Source: Chara braunii (lineage: Eukaryota; Plantae; Charophyceae). From it: 55,619 nucleotides of DNA. Numbering within the stretch: the stretch's first letter is position 1; each line of letters begins with the position of its first letter. Both the position numbers and the translations under genes were made by a program. The DNA lies in the NCBI GenBank assembly GCA_003427395.1, contig BFEA01000003.1, forward strand, positions 10,406,403-10,462,021. The letters run 5' to 3'. Below are positions 46,101 through 55,619 of the stretch, piece after piece. Under the pieces are notes generated by a model. It ran no database searches. It was given only the letters and a program-made list of their open reading frames with translations, and had not been told where the DNA came from.

Positions 46101-49100
46101 AGTTCATGGCCACTCCATCGCGGGCAAGGGTTGTCGCTTGGTCAAAAGGCCAGAAACAGGGGTCAAAGGTCACGTCCAAGTCTGAAAAACGTCTAGGAAG
46201 GTCCTAAGTTCAAGGGGTACGAGGGCCTGGGTTAAAACAGTGTTCAGTGCTCCCATGTGAGGTAGTCTACTCTTGGAAAATCAAGAGTCAGACCACGCAC
46301 GGGAAAAGCAGCCCCAAAGTCAAAGTCAACCCAGTAGTCAGCCCTGGCCATAAATCAGATGCACATCAATGGTTATCTGAAGGTATCTGGAAGATTCCAG
46401 TCCCGGTTGGGAAAAGGTACCTCTGCTTCAAGGCTGGATCCAGGCCGTCGAGATCGGGCAAATCTGAAGCATCGACACCGTCGCAGGGGAGACTGGTCCA
46501 CGCCAGTCAACACTGGTCAACGCCACAAAAGGACAGTCAGACATTGGGAAAGGCATTCTGCCTTGCGCTGGCTTGATGCTAGTGCTGTATCACAAGGCTG
46601 CAGGGGTGGGATGTTGGCGCCAGATGCTTCTGGAGGGTGCCAGCCTAGAGGGAGATTATGTTGGTGTGACCATAGCGGCATCGCTTTATCCTAGGTGATG
46701 AGGAACAACATCCCTTCCACATCCAGCCTGTTCAGCTAACGACGCTGCGCATATCGCTGCATCCCCTCCCATACACGGTAGTCCTAGCATGACCTGCTTA
46801 TGCACCGCCACCTTTTGACCATACACGTACAGCCATACGGCTGCATCCCACAACATTAAATTTTCTTCATCTTGGCCATGGCACTTTCATCTTTATTTTG
46901 CCCCTCGCTTCTTCATCATCTTCTACTACCTTCTTCCTTCCTTCCCCTTTTCCTTTTTTATTCCCTCCATCATCATCATCTCCATTTGGGGGACCTCCAT
47001 CCTTTCCGTCAGGACGTTTCTTGGGAACCGTGTCCCCGAACTCCATTCGTATGTGTTGGACAGTTGGATTAGTTTAGTCCTGACAGGTCTTGTCCACGAG
47101 GTCGTAGGTGTGGCTGATCAGGTCATTCCATTTGTCACCCAGCTCCTCCTGCTGATTGAGGACCCTTTTCAGCGTCAGCCTCTGAGCAGCACTTTCATTA
47201 GAAGAGTGAAGGGCAATTTTAGAAAGGAGGGTAATTTTTGGGTCTATCTTTTCGGGCATCCTCCCCTTCAGTTCTTCTATCAATGCTGCTCCCTGTTGGA
47301 ACATTCTCTCCTTTTTCTCCACCTCAATTATTTTTCGTTCCATATCCTCTCTTTTTCTCAATTGCAGCGCCTCGTCCTCAATTCCCTTCTTCTTGGCGAT
47401 AGCAGCAGCTATAGTTTCCTGCACTGCCTACCCTTCGGTTTGTGCTGCTGCAGATAGCGGTGCCCCCTTGTTGAGGCTAATGACCGCCCGGAATGCATCT
47501 AGGCTCTCCGAGGATATTCCTTCTCCTGCCCCTTGCTTGCTTGACTCTGTCGGTATCAGCTTCCTTTCCCTTGTCTTCCTTTCGACTCCCGGCCTCTTCT
47601 TCTTCCTCTTCCTCATCATCACCTTCCTCCGCCTTGTTCATCTGCTCATCCAGTTTTCTTCTTTCTTCCTAAAATCTTTTCGTTTCCTTTTCTTTTTCTT
47701 CCTTTTTCTTCGTTTACTCCTCATCCTTCTTTCTTTTCTTCACCTCATCTTCTGCATCCCTCAGTGCAGGGTCTCTTTTTGGGATCGGTGTGTGATAGGG
47801 GTCATCCTACTTGTTCGGAAGAAGTCGATGGGGAGCAGATAACAGAGCAACAGCTCCCAAATCAAGGTCAATGCGAGGAAAACGAACACTGGGCAGTCAG
47901 CCACGGTGATGTGTTAGTATAGCAGCGGTAAGTTGCTCCACCTTTTCACTATGTACACCTGACCCTCGATACTTAAATCCCTCAAAGCTTGGTCGTAACC
48001 TAATTCTAAGTGTTGACTGGTTTTAAAATCCCTTCCCATGTCTGTCACTATGGATTCCAGTCCGAGTTGGTGGAAAGCCAGCGATTTAAGGACTGCTAGC
48101 GACATCCTCAGGAATTATTTAAGCAGGAAGACGTGGCCACAAGATAAGGGGTCTCCCTCAAGACTTACAAGCTCCCTATTGCACCTTCCAATTCGGTTGC
48201 ACGCCGGTCAATATTCGTCACTGGGCTAGACAGGTTGTTTAATGAGCATGTGCCGCTCATACCCATACTCCCTACTTTACAAAAGGTGCTTCAGTTGTCG
48301 AGCTCCTAACCGACTGAAACTCTTCACTGCGTCACTTGGTTTCCGTGCTGCGTCGATCTATACCTGTCTTAGGACTAGTTGGGTTGTTTTATGAGCGCTT
48401 GCCAATCTGCCCATGCTTTCTACTTGTCACGAGATTTCGTCGAGTTGGCTAGTTTCTACCGTAGACTGCTGACCTAGAACATGCACGGGTTCTTCTCTCT
48501 CATGGGATTGGGGTCCCACCGGGTACACATGCCCCCAGGTAGGGTGGCAACCACTAACCACTTCCCCACGAGGGAAGGAGTCTTTCCTCCAGGAGAGATC
48601 AGTCCTCTGACTCGCCAAACATCAAGCAGATCAATTCGTAGACTCTCAAGCATTGACAAAGTAGCAAGTGTGACCATGTGACATCAATAGAAAACCAAGT
48701 TGCAGCGGTTGTCACCAAAGTATGTGGAAACTTCACCAAAGCAACAACAAACAAATGCAAGACAAGGCTAGGGGCAATAAGCACTTCCCTTGGGTCTTGA
48801 GGATGTTGCTGCCTGGTGGTCTGCACCGCATGCGTATGTTTTCCACGCGCCAGAACCCCAAACAGCCGCTTCTACTTCGGCCTTCCTCCACTGGACAAAC
48901 CTTATACCAGGTACACCCGCTGGCCTTATTCCTTGCCGAATCTTACTTCCACCAGCATGCAACGGGTTCCAGCTCCGATACTAGTGCAATGAACCTCCCC
49001 TCAAGACACAGAACAATCATGCATGCACAGCTGAACATTCATGTGAGAGCTCACACTTGACACCGAGAGATGGAATCTTGACGAGCGCAATTGAAAACTC

Positions 49101-49900
49101 AAAACAATTATTATTGCTATTCAAAGAATTGTTTGTGTATCTGGTGGCATCAGCCGCATCCACTCCCGACACCAATCAGCTAAGTAACCACCCCCTATCC
49201 TATTGGTGTGAGCCTATCTCTCTCACCCTCTCCTAACCCTTCTCTCTCTCGTCACTTATATCGCTCTGTCCTTGCTGCGCTCCCTGTCTCCTAGCCTAAC
49301 GTCTACCCTGAATACAACTGTGATGTAACTCCCCGAAGCTTCGCAGCTATGGCTGCCTTCTACCTCCTCCCCTCTCCTAGGTATGGATGTCTTCTCCCCG
49401 CCAGTGCCTGCTTCTCCTCCTGGCTCTACCCTCTATTATTAGCTGCTATCGCACAAGCAACCAGCAGCCGTTCTGCAACTTTGCGAATGAACAACTGGTC
49501 TACCCTTGCACTGAAGCAGCTATAAATGGAAATCCTTGACTTGCTTTGCCTGCTTCGGACCAGTACTGGTAACCCGCAGCTTGTCTTGCTGCATGTTGTG
49601 TCGTTCCCGAAGTCTCTGGACTTTCTTGGGATGCTGCTTCAAAATTGGACTTCGGGACTTTACTTTGTGTCGGTGGTGGTAGACAATTACTGACCTGTGA
49701 TGCTTCAGTACCCGACTCTACAGGACTGCGACATTTCAGCCTACGCACCCTTCCGGGACTCTACAGCCCCTGGGAATTCAGCTACTGGGACCTAGGGGCC
49801 TGGGCCCAATTGGGACTCTGGGACCGGGACTCAGGACTGATACAGCGTGATCCTTTCACTAGTATGAGGTAGAAAAATGTTGAGAGACGAAAATAGTGTA
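43150..49900 (-). mobile_element. Degraded retroelement-like sequence (possibly LTR/Gypsy remnants)
   Basis: Fragmented K/E-rich minus-strand ORFs (44676-44912, 47074-47622); candidate PBS TGGTGTCGGGAGTGG at ~49160-49174 (minus) resembling the complement of a tRNA-Leu 3' end. No pol motifs recognised. Confidence 0.35.
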
Positions 49901-50324
49901 AGTGAAGACAGCTGTCCCCCATATATGCAGAGAAGACAGCTGGCCCCCATATATGAGGAGAAGACAGCTTCGCCAAATTCAAGCGCCGCGCACGGGCTAA
50001 GGTCTTTGCTATAGCAGGCGAAGACGTAAAGAAACCACGCAATGGCTGGTAACCAGGTTCCGAATTGAAAAAAACAATTAAAAAAAAAAATTAAAAATGC
50101 AAAACGGCATGACCCTTAGCCCAACCAGAAGAAGGGTCTCACAGGGCAGCATCTCATGAGACCTGCCATTCCCTTCAAGATATAGTAGAGATAGGGAGAG
50201 ATATATAGATAGGCATTCATATGTGCAAGTTCTATGTTTGGTTTTGGTGCATGTTATTTTCAGACATGTCAGTTCAGGTCCCACAATGGTGAAGTTGCCG
50301 TCCTTAACCGCCCAGTACATGGCC

Positions 50325-50670
50325 ACAGCCAACTTCAAAGAATCCATTGCTTGCTCCTAAAATTTAGGAGATTCAGGGCTACCGGACCTCGATGGCTGGC
50401 GGCGCCAGCCAAAAAGGAAGAAAAGTGCACCGCTGGCGGTTCAGCAAAGCTTGGCATGTGGCCTGAGTCCACCAGGCTCAGGTATACTGGTTCGGTACAC
50501 GACCCCAGCCAACTTCCAAAAGTTGATGGCTTACTCCTGAAATTTCAGAGGCTTGGGCCTACCGAATGACAATGGCTGGTGGCGCCAGCCAAAGAAGTAA
50601 AGAAGTGCGCCGCTGGTGGTTCGGCAAAGCTTGGCACGTAGTGCGAGTCCACTAGCCTTGGGTATAGTGG
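50325..50670. repeat. Two-copy ~180-bp tandem duplication
   Basis: CAGCCAACTTC.AAAG...ATGGCTGG.GGCGCCAGCCAAA...GCAAAGCTTGGCA repeated at ~50326 and ~50506. Confidence 0.75.
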
Positions 50671-52012
50671 TGGTTTAACATCTGTTTGCATAACTTGTGC
50701 GTCTGCTTTCGCTCTGTGTTTTCCGCAGGTTACAATAGCCGTTGAGAGGGAGTAAGGGGAGCGCACTGGCTAGCCGAGAGCAACAGTGATTGGTATGGCC
50801 ATCTCATGGTAATTTAACTATGGCGGGGATCCCGTCTTCCGACTGAAAGTCAAGGGAGAGCCAGGAGTGGTGGAGGCTGTCCTTTTTAATAGAATGACAG
50901 TTGGAAAGTGCAGGTATGTGATGTTATGGAAAAGCAGCCCAAGGGAAAGTCATCAGGACTGGATGGTGTGTTGCAGCCTACCTTCCTCCTCCATGGATTC
51001 AAGGTTTAGTGTGTTAACCTGCTCAGCTGTGGGAGTGGTAGCTCTATTTGTGGCTTTATGTGAGAGTGGGAGTAGGTAGACTGGTGCACATGCACTCTAT
51101 AGTGAAGTATGAGATAGTGTCAGGTGATGATGAGTGTATGCGACACCAGTGCTTTCTCAAGACACATGAATTCCGGATTACGCTCTGAAAAATTAAGCAA
51201 ACTATGGATAATATTGCCAATCGTGTCAGGACTCATGTNNNNNNNNNNNNNNNNNNNNNNNNNNNNNNNNNNNNNNNNNNNNNNNNNNNNNNNNNNNNNN
51301 NNNNNNNNNNNNNNNNNNNNNNNNNNNNNNNNNNNNNNNNNNNNNNNNNNNNNNNNNNNNNNNNNNNNNNNNNNNNNNNNNNNNNNNNAGAGTATGCGAC
51401 ACCAGTGCTTTCTCCAGACACATGGATTCCGGATTATGCTCTGAAAAATTAAGGTAAGCAAACTATGGATAATATTGCCAATCTGCTTCCATCAATGTTC
51501 GAACTCAGTCTGTTCATCAACAGGTACATGTGTGTATTACTCCGTACCATTCGGCCACACAGGCTGAGTGAGCCTGGCAAGGATTTGACTAACTGTTATT
51601 TTGTTTTTAGAGGTTGTCGGCAACGTTTCTTTCTCATGAAATTTCAAAATTTGTATCAGGCTTTGTCTTGCTGTTGACCTTACCTTCTGACGCAGTTGGT
51701 GAAGAATCTGGAGACGGCGCAGAGAGGGGAATCGGCTGAGAACCGTCCCATCCCAGTGGAGTAAGGACACATGACATGCATGCTTGACACGGGGTAATGG
51801 AAGAATATGAAACACATTATGAGCTCTTGCTTCTGCCGGATGAATTAGATTGACGTTATGTGCTCAGTAGAGGAGGCAGTGAGTCTTGACCTGATGAGCT
51901 AGGAACAGAAACCGTTTGCCCTCAGCCGAGTCAGCCCATTACAGCTAATCTAAGAACAGAAGTTGTTTTCCCTCAGCCCAGTATAGCTACCAGGACTGAC
52001 TGCAGGTTCCTG

Positions 52013-53527
52013 ATGTCATCAACTGCCGTGGCATCATTCTCCTCAGGAGTCATGGCCAGAGTTGGAGGGAATCTTTGCCATCATAGTGCTGCCGTGACTT
52101 TGAGGTCAGAGAGTGAGGGAAGCTCAGGGGCTGATCACAAGGGACGGAATCAGACCCTGCCGACTGCAGTTGTGAGATGCGGAATATGTCTGCTGGTTTT
52201 GATTGCTCTTCGAGCCATCATCCTGCAGATCCTGTATCCTGTTCCACCTACAAGCACAAATGGCTCTGGCATTGCTGAACCACTGATGCCAGCCCTGCAT
52301 GTGACACTTCAAGATGGGAGACGGATCGCCTACAAGGAGTGGGGAGTTCCCAAGGCTCGGGCGCTGTTTCACTTTGTAGTTGTTCATGGGCTTGTGTCAT
52401 CAAGGCTTGCAGGCATGCCGGGAGTCAAGGCTGGATTGCTGGAGGAGTTCCATATCCGCATGATCAGTTATGACCGCCCAGGATTCGGACAAAGTGACCC
52501 CCAACCACAAAGAACACTCAGGACAGGAGCGGAAGACATGGCTGCGTTAGCTGATGCTCTGGAGCTTGGAGACAAGTTCTGGATTCTCAGCTATTCAGGT
52601 GGAGGACCCCATGCATGGGCCGCGGCACGGTTCATACCGCACCGCATCGCGGGGTTAGTCCTCTGCGCTCCCATGGGAAACCCCTTCTGGCCGAACTTCT
52701 CTCCCGAGGAACTGAGGAACATTAGGAAGACACTTCTGCTGAACAAGAGGGTGCTATTATGGATGTCGCGCCGTGTGCCGTGGGCGGTTGCGCCTGCGCT
52801 TGATTGGTTTGTGATGCCCAATTTTTTGCGATTGGCAATTGATAGTTTGAGGCAGCGAGTGGGTCACCTGGACAGGATCTTCATAGATGCAAATGCTGAT
52901 AATATCCTCACCGATCTGCGGGAGGCAGTGCAGCAAAACAGTGTGCGCCCCATCGCGGAGGAGCTCATCCTTTACTCAAGAGACTGGGGCTTCAGCCTTG
53001 AGACACTTAACTCATCCATCACTCGAGTTCTCTGTGTCTCCACTCCAATCCTCTCAAAAGCAGACGCTGATATGCAAACAGCAGACAAGAAAATGGGATT
53101 GCCTCAATCATCTCCATCATCATGCTCCTCCTCCTCCCTTTCCTTCTGTCCTCACTCAAACCATGTTGAAGTTCCTCTTCATCAGGACGAAGTGGTGGAC
53201 AAGGATGATCACGATCAAGATAGAGTTGGAAGGCAGTGTGCTCCCCACTGGCAAGTGGAGACAGGAGAGGTGAGGGTTTTACAAGATGCAGGCCGCAAGG
53301 CTTCGGAGATGCAAGAGAGTTCTGGCCACACGTTCCCAGTGCACGTCTTTCACGGGACAGATGATCGGCATGTCCCATATGATTACAGTGCATATATAAA
53401 GCGGACATTGCCAGCTGTACAATTGCATACGCTTGAAGGTCATGGCCACTTCTCATGGTTCTGTGACTGTGATGTTTGCCAACGGCAAATGCTGAACAAT
53501 GTCCTCGGTGCATCTGCACGATGTTGA
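52013..53527 (+). CDS. Alpha/beta hydrolase fold protein (AB hydrolase-1 family) with N-terminal hydrophobic segment, 504 aa
   Basis: DGRRIAYKEWG, VVHG..SSR, YDRPGFGQSDP, nucleophile SYSGG, FHGTDD (Asp), GHGHF (His); uninterrupted ORF; candidate splice acceptor CTGACTGCAG just upstream of the ATG. Confidence 0.9.
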   Translation: MSSTAVASFSSGVMARVGGNLCHHSAAVTLRSESEGSSGADHKGRNQTLPTAVVRCGICLLVLIALRAIILQILYPVPPTSTNGSGIAEPLMPALHVTLQDGRRIAYKEWGVPKARALFHFVVVHGLVSSRLAGMPGVKAGLLEEFHIRMISYDRPGFGQSDPQPQRTLRTGAEDMAALADALELGDKFWILSYSGGGPHAWAAARFIPHRIAGLVLCAPMGNPFWPNFSPEELRNIRKTLLLNKRVLLWMSRRVPWAVAPALDWFVMPNFLRLAIDSLRQRVGHLDRIFIDANADNILTDLREAVQQNSVRPIAEELILYSRDWGFSLETLNSSITRVLCVSTPILSKADADMQTADKKMGLPQSSPSSCSSSSLSFCPHSNHVEVPLHQDEVVDKDDHDQDRVGRQCAPHWQVETGEVRVLQDAGRKASEMQESSGHTFPVHVFHGTDDRHVPYDYSAYIKRTLPAVQLHTLEGHGHFSWFCDCDVCQRQMLNNVLGASARC

Positions 53528-54344
53528 CGGTGGCGGAAGACATCGGGGCTTTTGATGTCCACTGAAAGTCCTCCCTTAGCCCTACCATGGTCGTAAGTGT
53601 CAGGATGACGACACAGAGGTCAGCGAAGTGGAATCGCAGATGATTATGTTCAAAGAATATTTATTTGTACTGTCTGCTGGACAGTCCGCATAGCATCTAA
53701 CCTTATCTTTAAGCGTTTTTCGGCCACAGGTGTGTTTCTTTGACTCACCTCTTCTGTCACGCCTCACTTTCGGGCGGATTGTCGCATATATGGATCACAT
53801 ACATTTCGTCCCACATACGTTGTATCGACGAGATATATATCGATCACACTACGATGGCTTACTATCTATAGATAGATGCCAATTGGAGTATGTATTGTAT
53901 TTGTATTGTATATAGACTTGAATACAATACGGGTCTCACTTCACTCACAAACTCATCCTTCTCTGGGAAAGGTCATATACGTATGTATTCCGTAATCTGC
54001 TGAAATTTAATTATAAAAATAAATCGTCTGTATACGTGATGGAGGCTCGCAAGAGTCAGAGCTGCGGCGGAGCCTCTACCAAGGGGCGATTTGGTTATTA
54101 TTTGGAAGTCTTTAATTTAATTTGACCAGGACGTAGTGCTCACACGGCCCTTAATGTTACAATGGGTACCTTTCATGGTGCACAATTGTATATTGAAGGA
54201 TCTCTGCCACGAATCATCATTCGATAATGTTATCGATAAACTAGTAGGTTTATATAGGACCACGCCCGTCTCAGCACATTGAAACTGTGGACCAAATTTC
54301 TTCAGTGTGCTTCTTTTGAACTTTGAGAATCCAAACAATGTATG

Positions 54345-54404
54345 CAGCGTAATCGAGCTTTAAATCAATGTCCTCAAAAGCAGGGATTATGCCTTCGTGT
54401 TTAC
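54345..54404 (+). pseudogene. rps12: Short organellar rps12 fragment (NUMT mosaic)
   Basis: Translates QRNRALNQCPQKQGLCLRVY, matching the S12 RAL..CPQKQG.C.RV motif. Confidence 0.7.
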
Positions 54405-54745
54405 AGAAGTTTTTATCAATCGAGCAAGTTGAACAAGATAATACGCCGTCGGCCAAATCCAACCATTTTTTGCGCAGTTGTAGAGCGTAATGGTCAAAGC
54501 CTGCCTGACTGTGCTAGAAAGAAAAGTTTCTGTTTTTTTGTCTTGGGACATGGGAGCCTCTATTATAGGCTGCTGCTGTAAACAAAGGTACTACGAGCCC
54601 TCTGCCCTATTCGAAAAGAGATTCGAATGGTTCACCAAGGGATTCGAACCCCTGACATGCGAATTATGCTTGAAAGCAGCATGCGAAAGTCAAAGAACGG
54701 CTTCGATGGGTAGTTTATCTGGGGCGGAAGCCTTATCTGGGCCGC

Positions 54746-54778
54746 TTCCACACTTGATGGTTTCCCGTCATGCAGCTC
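54746..54778 (-). other. Group II intron domain V-like fragment
   Basis: Reverse complement GAGCTGCATGACGGGAAACCATCAAGTGTGG resembles the DV consensus with GAAA loop. Confidence 0.5.
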
Positions 54779-54979
54779 GCCCTTCGTTTTTGGTATTCCT
54801 TCTCAAGTTCACCCAGACCAATTTGGCATGTGGTTTACCCGATTGATCGTTTTAACCAAGTACTTTCTCTTCAACCCTTCATCATAGCACAGGACCTTGG
54901 GCAACCGCTGCAGGTTGCGGACAAAAAGGCTCGCTGCGAAGATCCGGTGGCGATCGGAGAGCAGCTGAAATCGAACAGA

Positions 54980-55569
54980 TTCTCAAACTACAGCTAACGC
55001 TCCTTTGTATAATTTGTTTGGTTGTTCTCTGTAGTACCGCGGCACCTGTGCTTTTTCATCTATTAGCTCAAAGAGAAGTTTCCACTGGTGATCCTTTCTT
55101 TAATGGTACTATAATACCTATTTTTATTTGTTTACTACTTGTTTTAGTTCATAAAACTTCATATACATTACAGAAGTGCACAAGAAGCTCACAGCAATCA
55201 CAGTGTTTTTGTGTGTTCTATTTATCTTTATACTCTTTAAAATTACAACGGTCCCATTGTAATAGGCGCACGCGGGCCCAACAAAATTTGATTCAGGGCC
55301 ACATAGTCCCGGCAGGGCGCCCAAGGGAGGGAGAGGCTGGGACCGAGCGTGTCCGGGTGCGCACGATCGAGGTGGGGGGCGACGATTGGCGACGCAGGGA
55401 AAGGGCGGGGGGGAGGCGGAAAGAATTTGTGCAGGGTGCGAACCGACGCGAGGCTGGGGAAGGGTGGGGCGGGGCGGAAAGAATTTCCGTGGCGCATTGC
55501 GTCTCTCTACGGGCAGAACGTATGTTGGCGCGGGTGTATATATTCATTCTATCGATGGAAGCAGCGTGA
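54980..55569 (+). pseudogene. ccmFC: Mitochondrial ccmFC 5' fragment (NUMT)
   Basis: VVLCSTAAPVL...REVSTGDPFFNGTIIPI matches the ccmFC N-terminal VPCGTAAPVL...DVPTGAPFSNGTIIPI motif. Confidence 0.8.
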
Positions 55570-55574
55570 GGTCA

Positions 55575-55577
<3 letters not shown>

Positions 55578-55619
<42 letters not shown>
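55578..55619. repeat. (CT)n microsatellite
   Basis: Direct inspection. Confidence 0.95.

Noticed and set aside
50078-50347. Possible MuDR transposase N-terminal fragment
   Set aside because: Resemblance is too weak to support without a profile search.
51135-51485. Direct repeat flanking a gap
   Set aside because: Probably overlapping contig ends or haplotypes; cannot be supported as a real duplication.
54271-54462. SWIM-like zinc finger ORF on the minus strand
   Set aside because: The opposite strand matches rps12; the Cys/His pattern is likely coincidental.

Overview
Eukaryotic, gappy short-read scaffold from a green plant lineage. Plant-type U2/U6 snRNA sequences, plant-mitochondrial insertions and the transposon content suggest a charophyte such as Chara (inference). 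About 50 kb is a transposon nest. It contains nested PIF/Harbinger-type MITEs, a Mutator-like MITE family, a near full-length L1/Tx1-clade LINE (20037-28183, minus) and two truncated relatives. The large LINE sits inside the 5' pseudo-LTR of a two-ORF Penelope-like element with an N-terminal GIY-YIG domain (Chlamys/Naiad architecture) and a type I hammerhead ribozyme. The only clear host gene is an intronless alpha/beta hydrolase (52013-53527). There are two mitochondrial insertions (rps4-trnR-trnY; rps12/group II DV/ccmFC mosaic). Most notable: (i) five TSD-flanked snRNA retrocopies, two of which independently carry the same 4-nt insertion after the U6 ACAGAGA box, suggesting a variant U6 source or U6-derived SINE; (ii) a GW-repeat (Argonaute-hook-like) zinc-knuckle ORF1 in the Penelope-like element; (iii) a structured 3'-UTR motif shared by three LINE ends; (iv) a dispersed, covarying pseudoknotted RNA motif; (v) MITEs that repeatedly insert into TIR-like motifs of their relatives. 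A Nextera junction adapter at 6646-6683 marks a local misassembly.
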